DNA from: Azolla caroliniana
Taxonomy: Eukaryota > Plantae > Polypodiophyta
Length of the DNA stretch: 64,000 bases
Reading direction: 5' to 3'
Assembly: GCA_043228905.1 (NCBI GenBank)
Contig: JBHGNT010000001.1
Location: forward strand, 25,730,001-25,794,000
The notes under the pieces were generated by a model. That model saw only the letters and a list, made by a program, of their open reading frames with translations, had not been told where the DNA came from and searched no databases. Positions 10,801-22,255 of the stretch are shown one piece after another. The translations under genes and the position numbers were made by a program. Position 1 is the stretch's first letter, and the number at the start of each line of letters is the position of its first letter.

Positions 10801-11928
10801 AAGAGCCTTTACGGACTGAAGCAGGCTCCCCGGCAATGGTACCGGAAGTTCGACTCCTTCATGACCGACGAAGGGTACCTCAAAACGCAGTCCGACCACT
10901 GCGTGTTTGTGAAGAAGTTCGAAGGAGGAGACTTCCTAATACTCCTCCTGTACGTGGACGACATGTTGATCGTCGGACGGGACCAGGTCAAGATACGGAT
11001 GCTGAAGAAGGCTCTTCACCGAACCTTCTCAATGAAGGACTTGGGTCCGGCGAGGCAAATACTAGGGATGCACATCATCCGGGACCGGAAGAAGAAGCAG
11101 TTGTGGCTGTCACAGGAGAAGTACGTGACGAAGGTGCTTCACCGGTTCAACATGTCGGAAGCAAGACCGGTCGGATCGACCCTCCCGGCAAACTGCAAGC
11201 TGTCCAGCAAGCAAAGTCCCAAGACAAAGGCTGAAAAGGAGGATATGATGAAAGTGTCGTATGCCTCAGCCGTCGGGAGCTTGATGTACGCCATGGTGTG
11301 TACGAGACCGGACATCGGATACGCAGTCGGAGTGGTGAGCCGGTACATGAGCAATCCCGGTAAAGAGCATTGGAACGCGATCAAGTGGATACTCCGATAC
11401 CTGAAGGGCACAGCAAATGTGTGCCTCCGATTCGGCTCCGGGAAACCCGAACTCGACGGCTTCACCGATTCGGATATGTCGGCTGATGCAGATACCAGCC
11501 GGTCCACATCAGGGTATGTGATGACGTATGCAGGGGGAGCTGTTTCGTGGCAGTCGAGGCTGCAGAAGACGGTTGCGTTGTCAACCACGGAGGCAGAGTA
11601 CATGGCGGCTGTTGAAGCCGGCAAGGAAATAATATGGATGAAGGACTTCATTAGAGAGCTTGGGATCCGGCAGGAGGAGTACCGACTCTACTGCGATAGT
11701 CAGAGTGCCATCCACCTTGCGAAGAACGCGGCCTATCACTCCCGGACGAAGCACATCCAGCGAAGATATCACTGGATCCGGGAAAGGATAGAAGACAAGG
11801 AGTTCATGCTGACGAAGATCCACACGGACGAGAACGGGTCGGATATGCTGACCAAGGTACTCACACCCGACAAGCTGGAAGCATGCCGAAGGAGGATCGG
11901 ATTGGAGAGACATCCCATGCCGAAGTGA
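7852..11928 (+). CDS. Copia gag-pol polyprotein (Gag, CCHC knuckle, protease, integrase, RT, RNase H)
   Basis: CFHCGKPGHFRKNC, WVVDSGAS, WHKRLCH..CTDC, integrase HTD/DNGGE/AER, YVDD, FTDSD, KHI, SDMLTK; no stops. Confidence 0.97.
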   Translation: MEGGGSGQPMMMVLNAQNYADWKIKMEDLLIVRDLYEPIDRSEIPKGVLESEWKLLNRKAVATIRQYVDVSVLQHVANDTNAYEMWKKLSGLYERKNALNRTSLMRKIVNLKYRDGESMVEHVSTFMGFVNQLAAIKFPLEDAMQAIILMCTLPESWENLVVTLSTSCTEDNLSLQTVKTSILNEEARRRDKEPASDSKALLTESDRGRQWNRSPQRREKSGTRSQSRGRPTCFHCGKPGHFRKNCRHYRKDNGVDDTDSKKSPERNGAYRGATDRRGSDRRGQDRKGTTALAASEEEIMLITEEGELNVAGDETTWVVDSGASFHLTPERRYFSSYTAGEHGCVRMGNEGTCRIAGIGDVWLTTPTGCKMLLKDVRHVPEVRLNLISAGRLDDEGYTGSIRNGVMKFSKGSLIVARARKDNTLYLMNARLCPEELNVAADTAGELWHKRLCHMSEKGMKRLAEDNLIPVKHVHLEKCTDCLAGKQNRTSFHSRPPTRRSAPLELVHTDVCQVETKSHGGAQYFVTFIDDHSRRLWTAPLKTKDQVLCVFKELHARVERESGKKLKAIRADNGGEYRGQFQEYCRSKGIRLEFTVPKTPELNGLAERMNRTIMERVRSMLAHAKLPKGFWAEAMSTATYVINRSPSVPLDGDMPQKVWTGKEVSYRHLKVFGCLAYVHVAKDRRGKLDPKTRPCIFLGYGDDEFGYRVWDPVDKKIFRSRDIIFMEDKTLADWESEKKVKSSKSTGEDQLYKEQSRPARDRLALEDPAKDGEETEPAEEDENDTGTGPDPEMDSDEEEESEEPVTEAPERRYPLRERRAPRRFPEPEHVLLTDEGEPESFEEAKHNTQSRRWLSAMQDEMDSLHENHTYELVELPKGKRALRNKWVFKLKPGDAGNPPRYKARIVVKGFQQKKGVDFDEIFAPVVKMTSIRTVLSIAASMDLEVEQMDVKTAFLHGDLDEEIYMQQPEGFEKKGKEHLVCRLKKSLYGLKQAPRQWYRKFDSFMTDEGYLKTQSDHCVFVKKFEGGDFLILLLYVDDMLIVGRDQVKIRMLKKALHRTFSMKDLGPARQILGMHIIRDRKKKQLWLSQEKYVTKVLHRFNMSEARPVGSTLPANCKLSSKQSPKTKAEKEDMMKVSYASAVGSLMYAMVCTRPDIGYAVGVVSRYMSNPGKEHWNAIKWILRYLKGTANVCLRFGSGKPELDGFTDSDMSADADTSRSTSGYVMTYAGGAVSWQSRLQKTVALSTTEAEYMAAVEAGKEIIWMKDFIRELGIRQEEYRLYCDSQSAIHLAKNAAYHSRTKHIQRRYHWIRERIEDKEFMLTKIHTDENGSDMLTKVLTPDKLEACRRRIGLERHPMPK

Positions 11929-11938
11929 AGGGGGAGTT

Positions 11939-12519
11939 TGTTGGGATTACGGTCCCTTCGCATGGGATGGTCGGATATCGGAGATGAATGCCGACAAGCC
12001 CGGTTCCGGTTTCGGTACCGGATGACGAATGTACCCGGAGAGCGATTCGGATGCAGGGACATACCCGTAATATGTTCGCTATGGGCCCCTGAGGCTATAG
12101 TTGTAAATAGCCCAAAGTCATATAAGTATAAATATGACTTAGGGCAAACCTGTTTTATGTTGCTTCTTATTTTTCTGTTTTCCCACTTGTGAGGAGACAG
12201 AGAGAGCAGCCGTGAGAGAGAGATATAGAGCGCGAGAGAGAGAGAGGAAGAGGTAGACGCCTCTGTGTATTTCCGCCGCCTGTGGCGAGAACAGTGAGCT
12301 CAAGGTCGTTGCCTTGCAGCTCGCCATTGTATATTTCTCTGTGCATAGTTTGGTTTGGAGTCTCGCACTCCCGTGGTTTTTTTTCCCGTATAGGGTTTTC
12401 CACGTTAATCCCTGTGTATCGTGTCTTTCTCTGTATTTCCTATTTTCTGCTGCATTGATCCGCGATTAATCGGTTGTGGCCGAGAGGCGAAGGTGAATTC
12501 AAGCGTTGATTTCCTTACA
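11939..12519 (+). repeat. Copia 3' LTR
   Basis: Direct repeat of 7241-7822. Confidence 0.97.
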
Positions 12520-15500
12520 AAATCAAGGTAGATCAGGATCTATGCCACAAAATAAATGGTATGATGAGGATTGTAGGGACTTACATAGACAACTTACAGT
12601 ATCACAACTCAATGGTAGTATTACCTCAATACAAGCTCGCAAAGAAATGCTCAAGATGACACGCCGTAAGAGATGGGCGTGGGAGGCATCCCAATATTGG
12701 GAACTCTACCATATGCTCATGAGTAGCGATTGCGCCACGGCATGGAAGAGACTACGGGAGCCAAGACCACAAACGCCCATCGAAGATCCCGAAACCTGGC
12801 ACACATATATAGAGAGACTTTACCAAATCCCAAACCAACCACCCATTCCAATGCCTTCCACACCCCAACCTACCAGGGGGACACTTTTCACAACCTCTAG
12901 GGTCGTGAAGGTCATAAAGAAATTACAACATAGGAAGTCCATGAACCACACAGGATTGCGAGCAAAACACATTATATATGCAGGAGAGTGCCTAGCTCCC
13001 TTGCTAATTCTAATCTTCAATCATGCCCTTGCAGAGGGTTTCCACCACAGTGGACTATGAACACAATGGCCCCCATACATAAAGGAGGGGACCCCATGGA
13101 CCCAAATACATATAGGACCATTATGATAGGTCATACCCTTGCTAAATTATATGGTGCAGTAATGGAAGCAGAGCTTAGCGATTATATGGAGACCCTAAAT
13201 CTTCGTGCACTTGAACAAGCTAGCTTTAGATGAGCCTTCTCCACCATTGATCATATCTACACAATTAGATGCTTAATTGACCAAACTAAGGCTCGCAAGA
13301 AGAAATTATATTGTTGTTTTGTGGACTTCCGCAAGGCCTTTGACATAGTCCCTAGAGAGCGGTTGTTTGATAGGCTTAAAAGCTTGAAGATGCCAGATGA
13401 CATGATCTAGGCCATCTACGCACTATAGGAACAAGTGTCCGGGTGTGTCCAATGCCCAGGTGGCCTATCCAATTGTTTCACTATCACTATTGATGTAAAA
13501 CAAGGTTGCCCCCTATCACCGACACTTTTTGGGATCTACATTGATGAGATCACAGATTTTATTGCTCGTAAGGTAGGCAACATAGTAGTCCTTGGGGATA
13601 CGCAGGTTCGTATCTTGCTCTATGTGGATGACATAGTTTTGCTCTCTGAATCCGAACACGACCTACAAAGGCACCTTAATGCCTTAGATGACTTTTGTGC
13701 ACAACGAGGATTGGTAGTGAATCTAGGGAAAACTAAAGTCCTTATCTTCCACACATCGGCCCAAGTTAGAGCTAAGTGTCACCTAACTATCTCCCATAGC
13801 CCAGTTGAGGTGGTTGGATCATACATCTATCTCGGAGTCACTTTCAGTGCTCACTCAGGTAAATTTTCGATGACACGGGCAGCGAAGGATAGATTTACGA
13901 GAGGACGTGCATCCCTCTCACTCCTAGAGAGACAATGCCACCAAGCATAATTTCAAGAACCACGGACTAAAGGGTGGCTCTTTGACTCATTAGTGACCCC
14001 CTCCCTCATGTATGCATCAGTGGTTTGGGCTCCAGGATTACCATCTTTCATGTGGACGCAATTAGAGAGACCATTGGTGATGATGTTATCACACCAACTC
14101 CAAAGCAAATCGACAGTACCACATGACATTATTAGGGTTGAGTTCACGTTACCCCCAATGTTAGTAGAGGCACTTTTCCAACTTGTAGTCTTTCTTCATA
14201 GGATACATAGCCAACCACATGATAGAATATCTCATCAAGCCTTTAAGGCCTCTCGATCATTGTATGAGTCCAGCTATACTAGGTCATGGTATGGCATGAT
14301 GGTGAGTTGGCTTCTTGCGAATGGTCTAGACATTAATAACCTACCTCCCCTTAGGTACAACCACACGATTGATAACACTTTAATCTCTCATGAGGACCGC
14401 AATAAAGTAATACGCCAAGACATATGGCAAATTTAGACTCGGTATAAATGGATCACCCCACGAGAGCCACTCCCATCTAAAATGTTGTACTATAAGGAAC
14501 ACTTCATGCACTTCTCTGAGTTAGATTTTATCATGCGGCCAAAATATCTAGATGTATTCTTACCACATGCACTAAGGGTTGCCATTGGACAACTTAGAAT
14601 ATCATCTCACCAACTTGAGATTGAGAATGGCCGTACTAATGGAGTCCCTAGGGAGGAACGAATATGTAGGTTATGTCACATAGAGATAGAGGATGAGTAT
14701 CACTTTACATGCAAGTGCCCAACCTACGCCGAGATAAGGGCAAAATACCAAGACATACTTGGTTCCTCTCCCACCCTCCCCAAACTATTAGATACTCTAG
14801 ATATAAAGAAATTAGGCAAATACATTCTAGAGCTAAAACAACACAAAGAGAATAAGTTACAAAATGTTGACAATAATGTTGCTAATGTTCACCACCATGT
14901 AACAAATGAAATTTTTCAGGAACAGGGGGAGACAACAAATGTCGACACACTTGCACCACTCGGCCTTTCCCTTGATGAGGTAGAAAACCAAAGAAGAACC
15001 GGACGTCTTCGGGTGCCAGGTTTCAAAGCAACTCGACGTGGTGTGGAAGCAATAATGAAAATAAGGGAACGTGAGCTACACCGCCTAGAAGCCATGGCTA
15101 GGGCACTCTCTATATTGGAACCACGGGTCACACCCACATCAAAACCCTTTGACCCCCCACTTCTTTTCGAGAGGCTTGGGTGGAAATAAAATTAGGATTA
15201 GTGTAAAGTCACTTCCTTTATTGAGTATACCACGTATTGTACACTACTAGAACTCTTTTAGCTTAAGTTCTATGTTTACTTTATTTTATTTTAGTTATGA
15301 TGACTGGATAAATACTGATTTTGTTGTAAACCAATTGTCTCATGGGCCAAATTTGGCTTTAGAAGACGTTAATATATCTTTCTTTCTTTCTTTCTTACTT
15401 TTTACACGAGCTTCTATACATCCTTTCCACCCTTTCTTTTCCCTTTTCTTTTGCATGTACACACATATTGCACATGCACATTTTAACCCCCCCTTTCGCC

Positions 15501-15568
15501 AGTTTTTCCCACTCTTGAGTACGCCACATCACGACATCGCCACCTTGGCGCGAGATACATGATCTTCC

Positions 15569-16385
15569 TTACCATACCAAATTTAGTTGCATACCAATCG
15601 TTGAATCTGATTTATACTTTCTTAGGAGATTGTCCAACATGATAGATTGTACCATGTTGTTGCGAGTAGTACCTGGTTTGCCACTATGATGTGACCCGCT
15701 AGCGACAGTTTTTTCGAACTCCAATGTATCAACTTTTGTCGAATGGAATGGATAACGGGTGCAATCATAGTCTCCGGCGGTATGTTGAAACCAATTTGGA
15801 AACCCAAATATTTGGTGCTCACTCCTTGAGTGATCCATTTGAAAGCGGGATGTGCGTGCCACGTAGGATGTGTTTCATGAGAAAGCCATATTACACAGGA
15901 TTTGTGTCAATTGATCATGGCATTGGATCTCTTGCAAAATACGGCTAACCCACTTTCCAGCTTTTGTAGGTATTCCAAGTCCCCTTGCAGGTAGATCGTT
16001 GTGTCATCTGCAAATTCTATATCCAGGATGCTTTGGTGAGAATGAGGCACGGGAAGACCACGTAGGTTGAGATCTCACAAGTTGAGAAAGCAAGAGAGTG
16101 CTTCAGCGTATAAAAGAAATAAGGATGGAGCTAGTGGGCATCCCTGTCGTACAAATCGGGATATTCGGAAAAAGTGGTCCCTTTCACCTGCCAGTGAAAC
16201 GCAACTGTTGTCGTTTCTATAAAGTTCTGCAATGCCTTTGATCCATGTCCCTTGAAAGCCGAGTTTCCCCATCACACTTTCTAGAAAGTTCTGGCATACC
16301 TTGTCATATGCTTTCTCAAAATCTAGTAGCACCACCGCTACCTTGTTGTTGGTACGCTTGGCAAGGGCTACTACTTCCCAGAATG
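15569..16385 (-). mobile_element. L1-clade LINE RT fragment
   Basis: VLLDFEKAYDKV, RQGCPLAPSLF, ADDT, KYLGFQIG, LSLAG motifs in broken frames. Confidence 0.85.
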
Positions 16386-16449
16386 AGAAGAGGTTGGGAG
16401 TAATGGATTTTAATTATTCCTTACATGTTGGGAGTAATGCTGATGATTC

Positions 16450-19400
16450 ACATGCATATGATGCTTGGTATAAGAAGTATATTTTGTTAACCTGATGCAT
16501 GATGTAATCACATGCTTAAAGACCAGGATTGTAGAGGCAGCTAAAGCGCAGTTGTCAAAAGCCATAGAGGAGGAAGAGATTGTAGCAGGGCTAGATGAGA
16601 TACATAGTATGGCTTGTCCTGGTGCTGATGGCCTTCCCAAAGCCTTCTTCAAGGAGTTTTGGGAGCAAATTTTTCCAAGCTTGGAAGCTGGACTACAAGA
16701 GATGTGGAGAATGGGACAGATGTCGAGCAGCTTCAATGAAGGCTTGATCTACTTGATTCCGAAATCGGAGACTGCGTTGCACGAGATTAGACAATGGAGG
16801 CCCATTACAATTTTAAATCTAATTTATAAAAAAATTGCTAACATACTAGTGCAGAGAATCAAGCCCTTCCTATGAGATATCATCCAATCCAATCAAATCG
16901 GTTTCATGGAGCATCGTTCTATTATGGACAACGTGATTTTGTTTTGGGAGGTTGTTGCAATGGCGAGGGAGACCAATCAAAACTTAGCTTGTCTGATGCT
17001 CAACTTCGAGAAAGCCAATGATCGAGTGCAATGGTCCTTGGAAGAAGTGATGAAGGTCATTGAGCTACCATTGGAGTGGAGGTGTGTTGCCCAAGCCTTA
17101 TATAGGAATGGCTCGAGTAAGGTGTTGATTGCAGGGAGGAAAGGAGCTCGAATCTTTCTAACTCGATCCATCAGGCAGGGTTGTCCTCTTGCCCCTTTTC
17201 TATTCCTTTATATTACTGAAGCAATGTCTGCCTTTTATAATAGTCAAGGGGCAAATCTCCATGGTCTTTCGATCCCTAACTCAAGGAAGTCCTTGCTGGA
17301 CTCGGAGTTCGCGGACGATACGATGTTATACCTCCAAGGAAATGAAGTGAATCTTGAGAGGGCACAAAGTGCTATTGATCTCTTTTGCAAAGCATCGGGA
17401 GTGTCCATCAATTGGAATAAGTCCAAGGGTTTCTGGATCAGCTCGGAGTTCGAGCCTTTTTGGAAGACAAATGTTGAATTCAAATGGATTGCAAACGGGG
17501 AAGCCACTATGTATCTGGGAACGTGGATTGGGGTAGATATTGACAAAGGAATTCAGTTGCAACAAATTCAAAGCAAAATCTGTGACAAAATTCGCAACTG
17601 GTCAGGGATGAACTTATCATTGGCTGGTAGGATCATAGTAGCTAACCATGTGCTCTTGTCTACGTTATGGCATGCAGTTTCAGTGTGGATGTTTGACAAG
17701 CAAGCTATTCGTATTGTTAAAGTGTGTATTAGGGGATTCCTATGGGTTGGGATGAGGAAAGACAACACAGCAGCCAAAGTATCATGGTCTACGTTGGTTC
17801 TTCCCAAGAGTAAGGGGGGTTTAGGATTGATTGACCCTGGATTGCAGAGTCAGGCATTGTTATGTAAGGTATTGGTAAGGAGCTTGCTACCCGGTAACGA
17901 GTTATGGAAAACATTGATACATAATAGGAGCATTCTCTGGAGTCCAAGACTGGGTGGGCATGGAAGTCACACAAAGCATGCCCTTTTTGTATGGACTTAA
18001 AGTTGAGGAAATCTAACCGGTTGGCTGATCGTACTTGTATGTCAGTGATGCAGGCATGGAGTATGCTCCGTGGGCATCTAAGTCGGAATCGTCCAAGTAC
18101 TAGTGCTGAATGGATGTGCTAACCCCTATTGTGGAACGAGACCATACAATCGCTAGAAGGAACGATGCTTGGACAAAGCAAGCATATGCCATGGGAGATA
18201 TTGTATTGTCTAGGGATTCACTCAGTGGCAGATTGGAGGCAGTTGTCCGACAATAATCGTGATAAATTATATGAAGACGTGGGAAAGGTCAAAAATGGTA
18301 GAAAAATGCTTGACCTAGTCAATACAGTTGTCTTCTCATTTCCTATTGGTAATGAGGAAGAGGGTGAATGGTCCAGACAATGTGATGATACCGGAAAAAT
18401 TATTAATGTCAGGGGTCTAGGAAAGAATGGGAAGATCGTCCAGATGGGATTAATAGATGAAAGTGCATGCTGGTACCCGATTAGAATTGTGACAAGAGAC
18501 GAAAAGAAATGGAAGGTGAATCCACCAGTCGAAGAGGTTGAGGAGGACTGGATCTTGTATGTGGTTGAAGGCAAGCCTCTCAAGTGCTTAGAATGGGATC
18601 CCTCTGAATATACGTGGAAGGGAGAACAAGATAAATCATTAGGTTTCTTCGAATACTCAACGCATTTGGGGAGAAAGTTAGGTTCGTATCGTGAGAAGTG
18701 TGCCAACAAGTGGGCCCATGCAGTTGTCGATTCAGTCTTCGTGGATAGAACCAGGAGAAGGATATGGGACTCATCCCTTCCCGAGCGGATCAAAGTGTTT
18801 TTCTAGTTAATCACCCATCAGGTTGTCCCAACGAGAGAGTGGCTTGGGAATAGAGGCGGCATGAGTGGTTGCAAGGCCTGTAGTGCGAGCTTGGAGGACA
18901 TCGCTCATTGTTTGTGGTGCTGCCCATGAGCGCAAGAAATTTGGCTGAGGAGCTTAAGAATCTTAGCTCGGTTCGGGGTTGAGGTTCATGTATCAAGCGC
19001 AGCAGTCACTTGGTTGGCCACTGAATCGGCTTCGTGGTTTCAAGGGTGGAATGGAAATAGTCCTTCTTTTAAGGTGATGCAAGGATCTGTGCAACCAGTG
19101 TAAGGAGGTTCATTCGTCTTACAAGAACGCTACGTGGACATATGGTTATTAGTGGTCAGCCTTACGGTCTGGCAAGTGTGGGTATCTAGGTGCAAGGAGA
19201 CTTTTGCAGGTAAACGAACCCCACCGGCTGAGAATTTAATGATGATCTAGTTTAATCTTATTTCTACGTTACGAGGAGAGTTTGAAAGTCTTCAAGGGCC
19301 CTCTGACACAAGTGAAGAAGCTAAAGCTCGTTTCCTTCTTAAATGAAGTGGTTTGTCGATGCTGCAGATGGTGGATGGTAAAGCGAAGTGGAATTATCAA

Positions 19401-19682
19401 CCACTATGGTGGTTGTTCCCCCCAAGTGTACCTAACATCTACATGGGTGTTGCCATGAGAAGTGAATGGAGGACATCTATGTTGAATTCTGTTTGTAGAG
19501 TATGCGTTCGGGTAATGCTATGCGCATCGAATGATGTGGTGTTTTGGAGTTGTTCTTTTGTTGTTTCATCTACACATATTATTTTCTTTTGACATACAAG
19601 ATGGCTTGTAAGATATGAGTTGTAAATTATCCCTTGTACATTGCCTTAACTAATGGAAGTAGTTTTTTTTTTGTAAAAAAAG
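16450..19682 (+). mobile_element. 5'-truncated degenerate L1-clade LINE (RT plus C-terminal zinc-binding region)
   Basis: CPGADG, WRPITILN, RQGCPLAPFLF, FADD, YLG, KGGLG; CKAC...HCLWCC near 18870-18925; A-rich end at ~19675. Confidence 0.88.
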
Positions 19683-20349
19683 AAGTATATTGTTTTTTTG
19701 AAATAAATAAAATTGTAAGCTTCTAGGCAAACAAGCTCAAGTTGTAGCCTTTGGGTGTTTTTCGTTAATACTACTGAAGAAAATCTTTGAAGGAAAAAAA
19801 TATGTCAATGAAGATCATAAGATTCGAGTATATATAAACCAATTAATGAAGAAAATAATATTCTAGAATATATATATAATCAATATTAATTAAGGCTAGG
19901 TTGGAAGTAGATAAGAATGTATTTGTTGTAATCAAGACATTACAATTGGGTATGGTAACTTTTGACTTGGAAAGAACTTAGTTTTGTTTAAATAAATATG
20001 AATAAGATGACTTTCAGCTCCAAAAATATTCCATCATGTTAAACTATTAAAAATACAATGTTGTTTTGGGTGCTACTTTGTAAAGAGTATCTTAAATTGT
20101 TACATTTATTACATATCATCTACCTGTCAATTTGAATTGAGGTTTGTGCATATTTCCAAGCTTTTCATATGTTAGTTAAGTGATAAATTATTTATAAGTT
20201 TCTTTTTCTATTCTTGACTCTGAGCATATAAAAATATAGTAGAACTACCCAATCAAGACATGCATTGATTATATCATCGCAAAAAATATTTATGCTTTCC
20301 TAACAAAATATCTAAGGTTTTGTAATCGTATATAAGGTATGCAAACCAT

Positions 20350-21950
20350 GCTATTCGTACTCCTATACTTTTGTGATCCTATTGGATTTCATATACAATG
20401 GAATTAAGAAACTGGTGGAACATGGAGTATAAAGGAAGGGATCACCAGGAAATTTAGCTAAACGTGCTCCAACATTTCCCAATCACGTTGATAGAACACT
20501 CAAGATGGAAGGAGTAGTCGTCGGGGAAACATGAAATTATGATTTACCAAAGAATCATTAGAACTACAACAAATTTTACAAGAAGAAGAAATGGCATTCC
20601 TAATTATATGATCTCATGATCAAGAGATTCAAATGAGCAAGTGACACATTGTTAAGCATATAGATTTCCAAGTACCTATGCAACTAAAGATATACTATTT
20701 ACAAAACGTTCATGATTGGAGAGTCCAACTTACAAGTAAAAAAGAGAGGGGAATGGAGAGAATTCATGGAGAGGACATGTTCTCTTTGCAAAAAGTGAAA
20801 ACGAGCACATCCTTAGCAACATTATATGCAAGGATGGATGAGGAGACATGGTTAGGAAAAAATGAGAAATGCCCAACATGCATGAAAGTCAAACATTCGT
20901 CTACAAACTGCACATTGAGGAAACAAGATTGAATAAGTAGCATGCACAAGTTAATAAAATGGGAACCAATAATAACAAAAGAAGATAGGAAAGTGTATAA
21001 AGATTGTCGAGAAGGTACACCAAATGGCCAAACCTCGACAAGAATGAGAAGGACAAAGGGTGGATGGTGAACCTTATAGAACTAGAAACTAACGATCGAT
21101 GTTACTATAAGTCACATCATAGTAATTTAAGGTAGCAATGGTCTAACCTGAGAGATCTATGGCATGAAAAATAATGCATAGGAGGAAGAAAGAGTAAGCA
21201 ACCAAGTCCAAGAATGGACCAAGACCATCGACAAGAAAACTTTTGAGTGGATATTCACAAATAGTAAAGAAAGATGACTTTTGAGAAGGGAGAAAGTTGA
21301 TGGACACAACCAAAGATTAAGAATCGGAAATGGTAAAAAAGCATACTTGAAACAAGGAAACAAAGAAAGACATGATCATGAAGCATTATGGAGTTGTGAA
21401 TGAAGGCTTGATTACAAAGTATTGTCTCCTATCAAATATCCCTTAAATTTAGTGGATTGTTTCAATTAGAAAATGGTGGAATGAATAATGAAGGAGCCTA
21501 TTTAGGTCACTCAAGAGGAAAGAGAAAAAGTATGGGTAGACAATTGCGTTTGATTATGATCATGATTTTCAAACTAAATATGGCTTTGATCATCTTCCAA
21601 TTAAAAATTGTGGAAGACTTGAAACTTACTTACGAAATTTTATTTAAGACTTCCTAAATGGTTTCATTATGTTTGGAGAAGTGGAGTAACATCTAAAGAA
21701 GATGGTACTATGTTTTGAGAAATAAAGGAAACTGTGGTTGAGCTTGAATCTACCAAAATGTATTCACCAAATCAAGTGGAATGCCACTTGCCCACTCTAC
21801 TTAGCCTTCACATGACTACTTACAAGATTTCATCACGCAAGTAGCATGAAGTGAGCAAATTTTGGGACAATCTTAGGCAAACATTTGGTGTTACCACTTT
21901 GCTACATAACCATAGAGAGTAATATTTAGAAAACAAATGAAGCACATGTG
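20350..21950 (+). mobile_element. Highly decayed retroelement relic
   Basis: Exact CX2CX4HX4C knuckle CPTCMKVKHSSTNC at ~20870-20911 in purine-rich, stop-ridden coding-like sequence; boundaries approximate. Confidence 0.4.
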
Positions 21951-22042
21951 GTTTCACCCTATGCAACTAATAGTAGTTATTTTCTTGCAACATTGTTTTC
22001 GGGTTCGATCATGGGTTTGTGTGTTGGCCTTTTGAGGACGTC

Positions 22043-22255
22043 AAAATATCATCAATATATCTCTCACAGACACACTCTTGGAGCCCGTTGTTTTATTATT
22101 TGGATTGAAAATTTCGTAACTATGGCAACATGGTGCATAAAGGTTTAAGTTAAAATATCATCAACATTTCTCTCACGGACACACTCTTGGAGCCCATTGT
22201 TTTATTATTTGGATTGAAATTTTCGTAACTATGGCAACATGATGCATAAATGTTT
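22043..22255. repeat. Tandem duplication, 2 x 109 bp
   Basis: AAAATATCATCAA...GCATAAA at 22043 and 22152 with few substitutions. Confidence 0.9.

Larger units (their letters stand above)
7241..12519 (+). mobile_element. Intact young Ty1/Copia LTR retrotransposon (Tnt1/Tork-like)
   Basis: LTRs 7241-7822 and 11939-12519; TSD AAATC (7236-7240, 12520-12524); PBS TGGTATCAGAGC 7826-7837 (tRNA-iMet); PPT AAGTGAAGGGGGAG 11923-11936; single intact polyprotein. Confidence 0.98.
6193..15189 (+). pseudogene. LINE ORF2 (APE endonuclease-RT-zinc finger), split by Copia at 7241-12519
   Basis: MTLWNCNG..LVETH..GDFNAR..STVDY..ADH; frame rejoins across the TSD as KYSNQGRSGSMPQNKWYD; several in-frame stops and frameshifts. 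Confidence 0.88.
4580..15395 (+). mobile_element. Near full-length degenerate RTEX (RTE-X)-like LINE, interrupted by a Copia
   Basis: ORF1 remnant, APE endonuclease, RT (KQGCPLSPTLF, LLYVDD), C-terminal LRISSHQLEIENGR...ERICRLC...EDEYHF..KCP.Y zinc finger, (CTTT)n tail at ~15378-15395; 5' boundary approximate. Confidence 0.85.

Noticed and set aside
15569-18000. Twin-priming 5' inversion of a single L1
   Set aside because: Both arms contain the same RT segment with clearly different sequence, so they are two separate copies
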